A stretch of 62,717 bases of DNA, counting the filler, from Folioceros fuciformis (Eukaryota), in the NCBI GenBank assembly GCA_049999805.1. It is 5 parts of 3 records of this genome, joined end to end, with 100 filler letters (N's around TTAATTAATTAA, not from the genome) between each part and the next. Parts side by side here need not be neighbours in the genome. Positions count along the whole stretch, not along the records: positions 60,490 to 62,717 come from JBNGIO010006365.1; 4 more parts are not named here. One strand, written 5' to 3'. Every line of letters begins with the position of its first letter. The stretch's first letter is position 1. A program made the position numbers and the translations under genes. Shown in pieces: positions 61,596 through 62,717 of this stretch. The notes beneath the pieces were generated by a model. The model was not told the DNA's origin. It made no database searches and saw nothing but the letters and a program-made list of their open reading frames with translations.

Positions 61596-62073
61596 TCGTG
61601 CCCAAAAATTATGGTCCTGAAAAGGGCATCTTTCGGTATTTCGGTTTTTGCTAAATTGTGCGACGGTCCGAAAATTGCGTAGGATCGGATCTGCCGTCTC
61701 AAACTGGACTGGTTTCTGGACTAAGTCCGTTGCGACACCGGACTAAGACCATGTCCGAGAGCCCAGAGTACAACTCGGATCGGGCTGTGCTTTCGGCTCC
61801 GGGATAACTGAATTCGGCCGGACTTGGAGCTGAGATGGTTGCCGGAATCAGCTCGGGCATCGACTTCGAGACTCCGGCTAGAGAGTGGAGATGAGACGGC
61901 ATCCCCAACACCTGTGACGGACGACTGAGATCGGTCGCGGTTCTGGGTGTGGCTGGAAGACTGGGCGGTAGTGAGCTGTGGAGTCGGCGGGCGGCCATGT
62001 CCGAGATCGAGCAAGTGTTGATTGCCGTTTGCAAGACTCACAAGTTGTCCAGAAGGGGACTTGCTTTGGGATG

Positions 62074-62150
62074 AAGCACGCGGTGGATTGGTGGGCGCTG
62101 GGGATTCTGCTCTACGAGATGTTGTACGGGCGGACGTCGTTCTGCGGTTG
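62074..62150 (+). pseudogene. AGC (AGCVIII-type) protein kinase fragment, subdomain IX
   Basis: HAVDWWALGILLYEMLYGRTSF; no other kinase subdomains are recognisable nearby. Confidence 0.6.
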
Positions 62151-62670
62151 GAAGCCGGCACTCTGCCACTTCGCGTAGCCACGACCATACCAAGAGCGAC
62201 CCCATAGCCAGAGTTTCAAGGTGGACAGTGACCGCGACAGAAGACCCCACCTGTAGCATTACTCCTACAACGGTGCTTGCAGCAAGGTGATGCAGGTGCT
62301 GGACAAGGGTAGGGCGGTGGCACTGGCTGCATCCGCTGGTTCCATGTCCGTGGCGGGGGACGCTTAGGTGTGGGAGATCAGCTCGAGATTCGGGCCTCGA
62401 TGGGGGAGCCACCACAACGGTGTCGACTTGGCCGCCCCCACCTAGCTTAGCCACCTGTACGGCCTTCCTTCATGTCAATGTCAATGGATGTTTGATGTAC
62501 AAGGTACAAACGTACGCTACTCTGTCATCGCCATCGGTGTGTCTGAACAGTTACCATCACGCTTGCGCGCGCAAGGGATCACGGCTCAGATGATGGGCGT
62601 GAGCACTAGCACTACTCTCGCTCATTTTCTTGTTCTTGGTTCTTTGTCCACCACCAAAGAATTTGGCAGT

Positions 62671-62717
62671 TTCCGGATGATCATTTCTGCATGAAGGCTG
62701 CTGAGATGGAGAGTCTG
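62671..62717. repeat. Exact copy of 60490-60536, running off the window edge
   Basis: ttccggatgatcatttctgcatgaaggctgctgagatggagagtctg is present at both sites. Confidence 0.9.

Overview
Gene-dense nuclear genome segment of a non-seed land plant. A hornwort is most likely, inferred from short (~85-120 nt) GT-AG introns and PLS-class PPR genes with a 'PGxSWWT' (WW-type) box. The window is scaffolded with seven N-gaps. From left to right it contains: (1) a ~2.1-kb inverted segmental duplication (1123-3270 / 10723-12901) carrying a thiamine pyrophosphokinase + RPA14 gene pair, with the arms enclosing an intact PLS-E+ PPR gene and a cation/Ca2+ exchanger (CCX); (2) a PLS PPR pseudogene, lycopene epsilon-cyclase, OEP16, an F-box gene and a ferric reductase (FRO); (3) a TE-rich block with two decayed PIF/Harbinger transposases (one with a nested LTR-like insert), a degenerate Ty1/copia element and satellites, surrounding a P-class PPR pseudogene and a thylakoid zinc-finger gene (FIP-like); (4) an intronless GAF-fold gene resembling prokaryotic type II free methionine-R-sulfoxide reductase, an AP2/ERF factor and several gene fragments. 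The most notable features are the fRMsr-like gene (a horizontal-transfer candidate with an extra CxxC) and the reciprocal degeneration of the inverted TPK/RPA14 duplicate.
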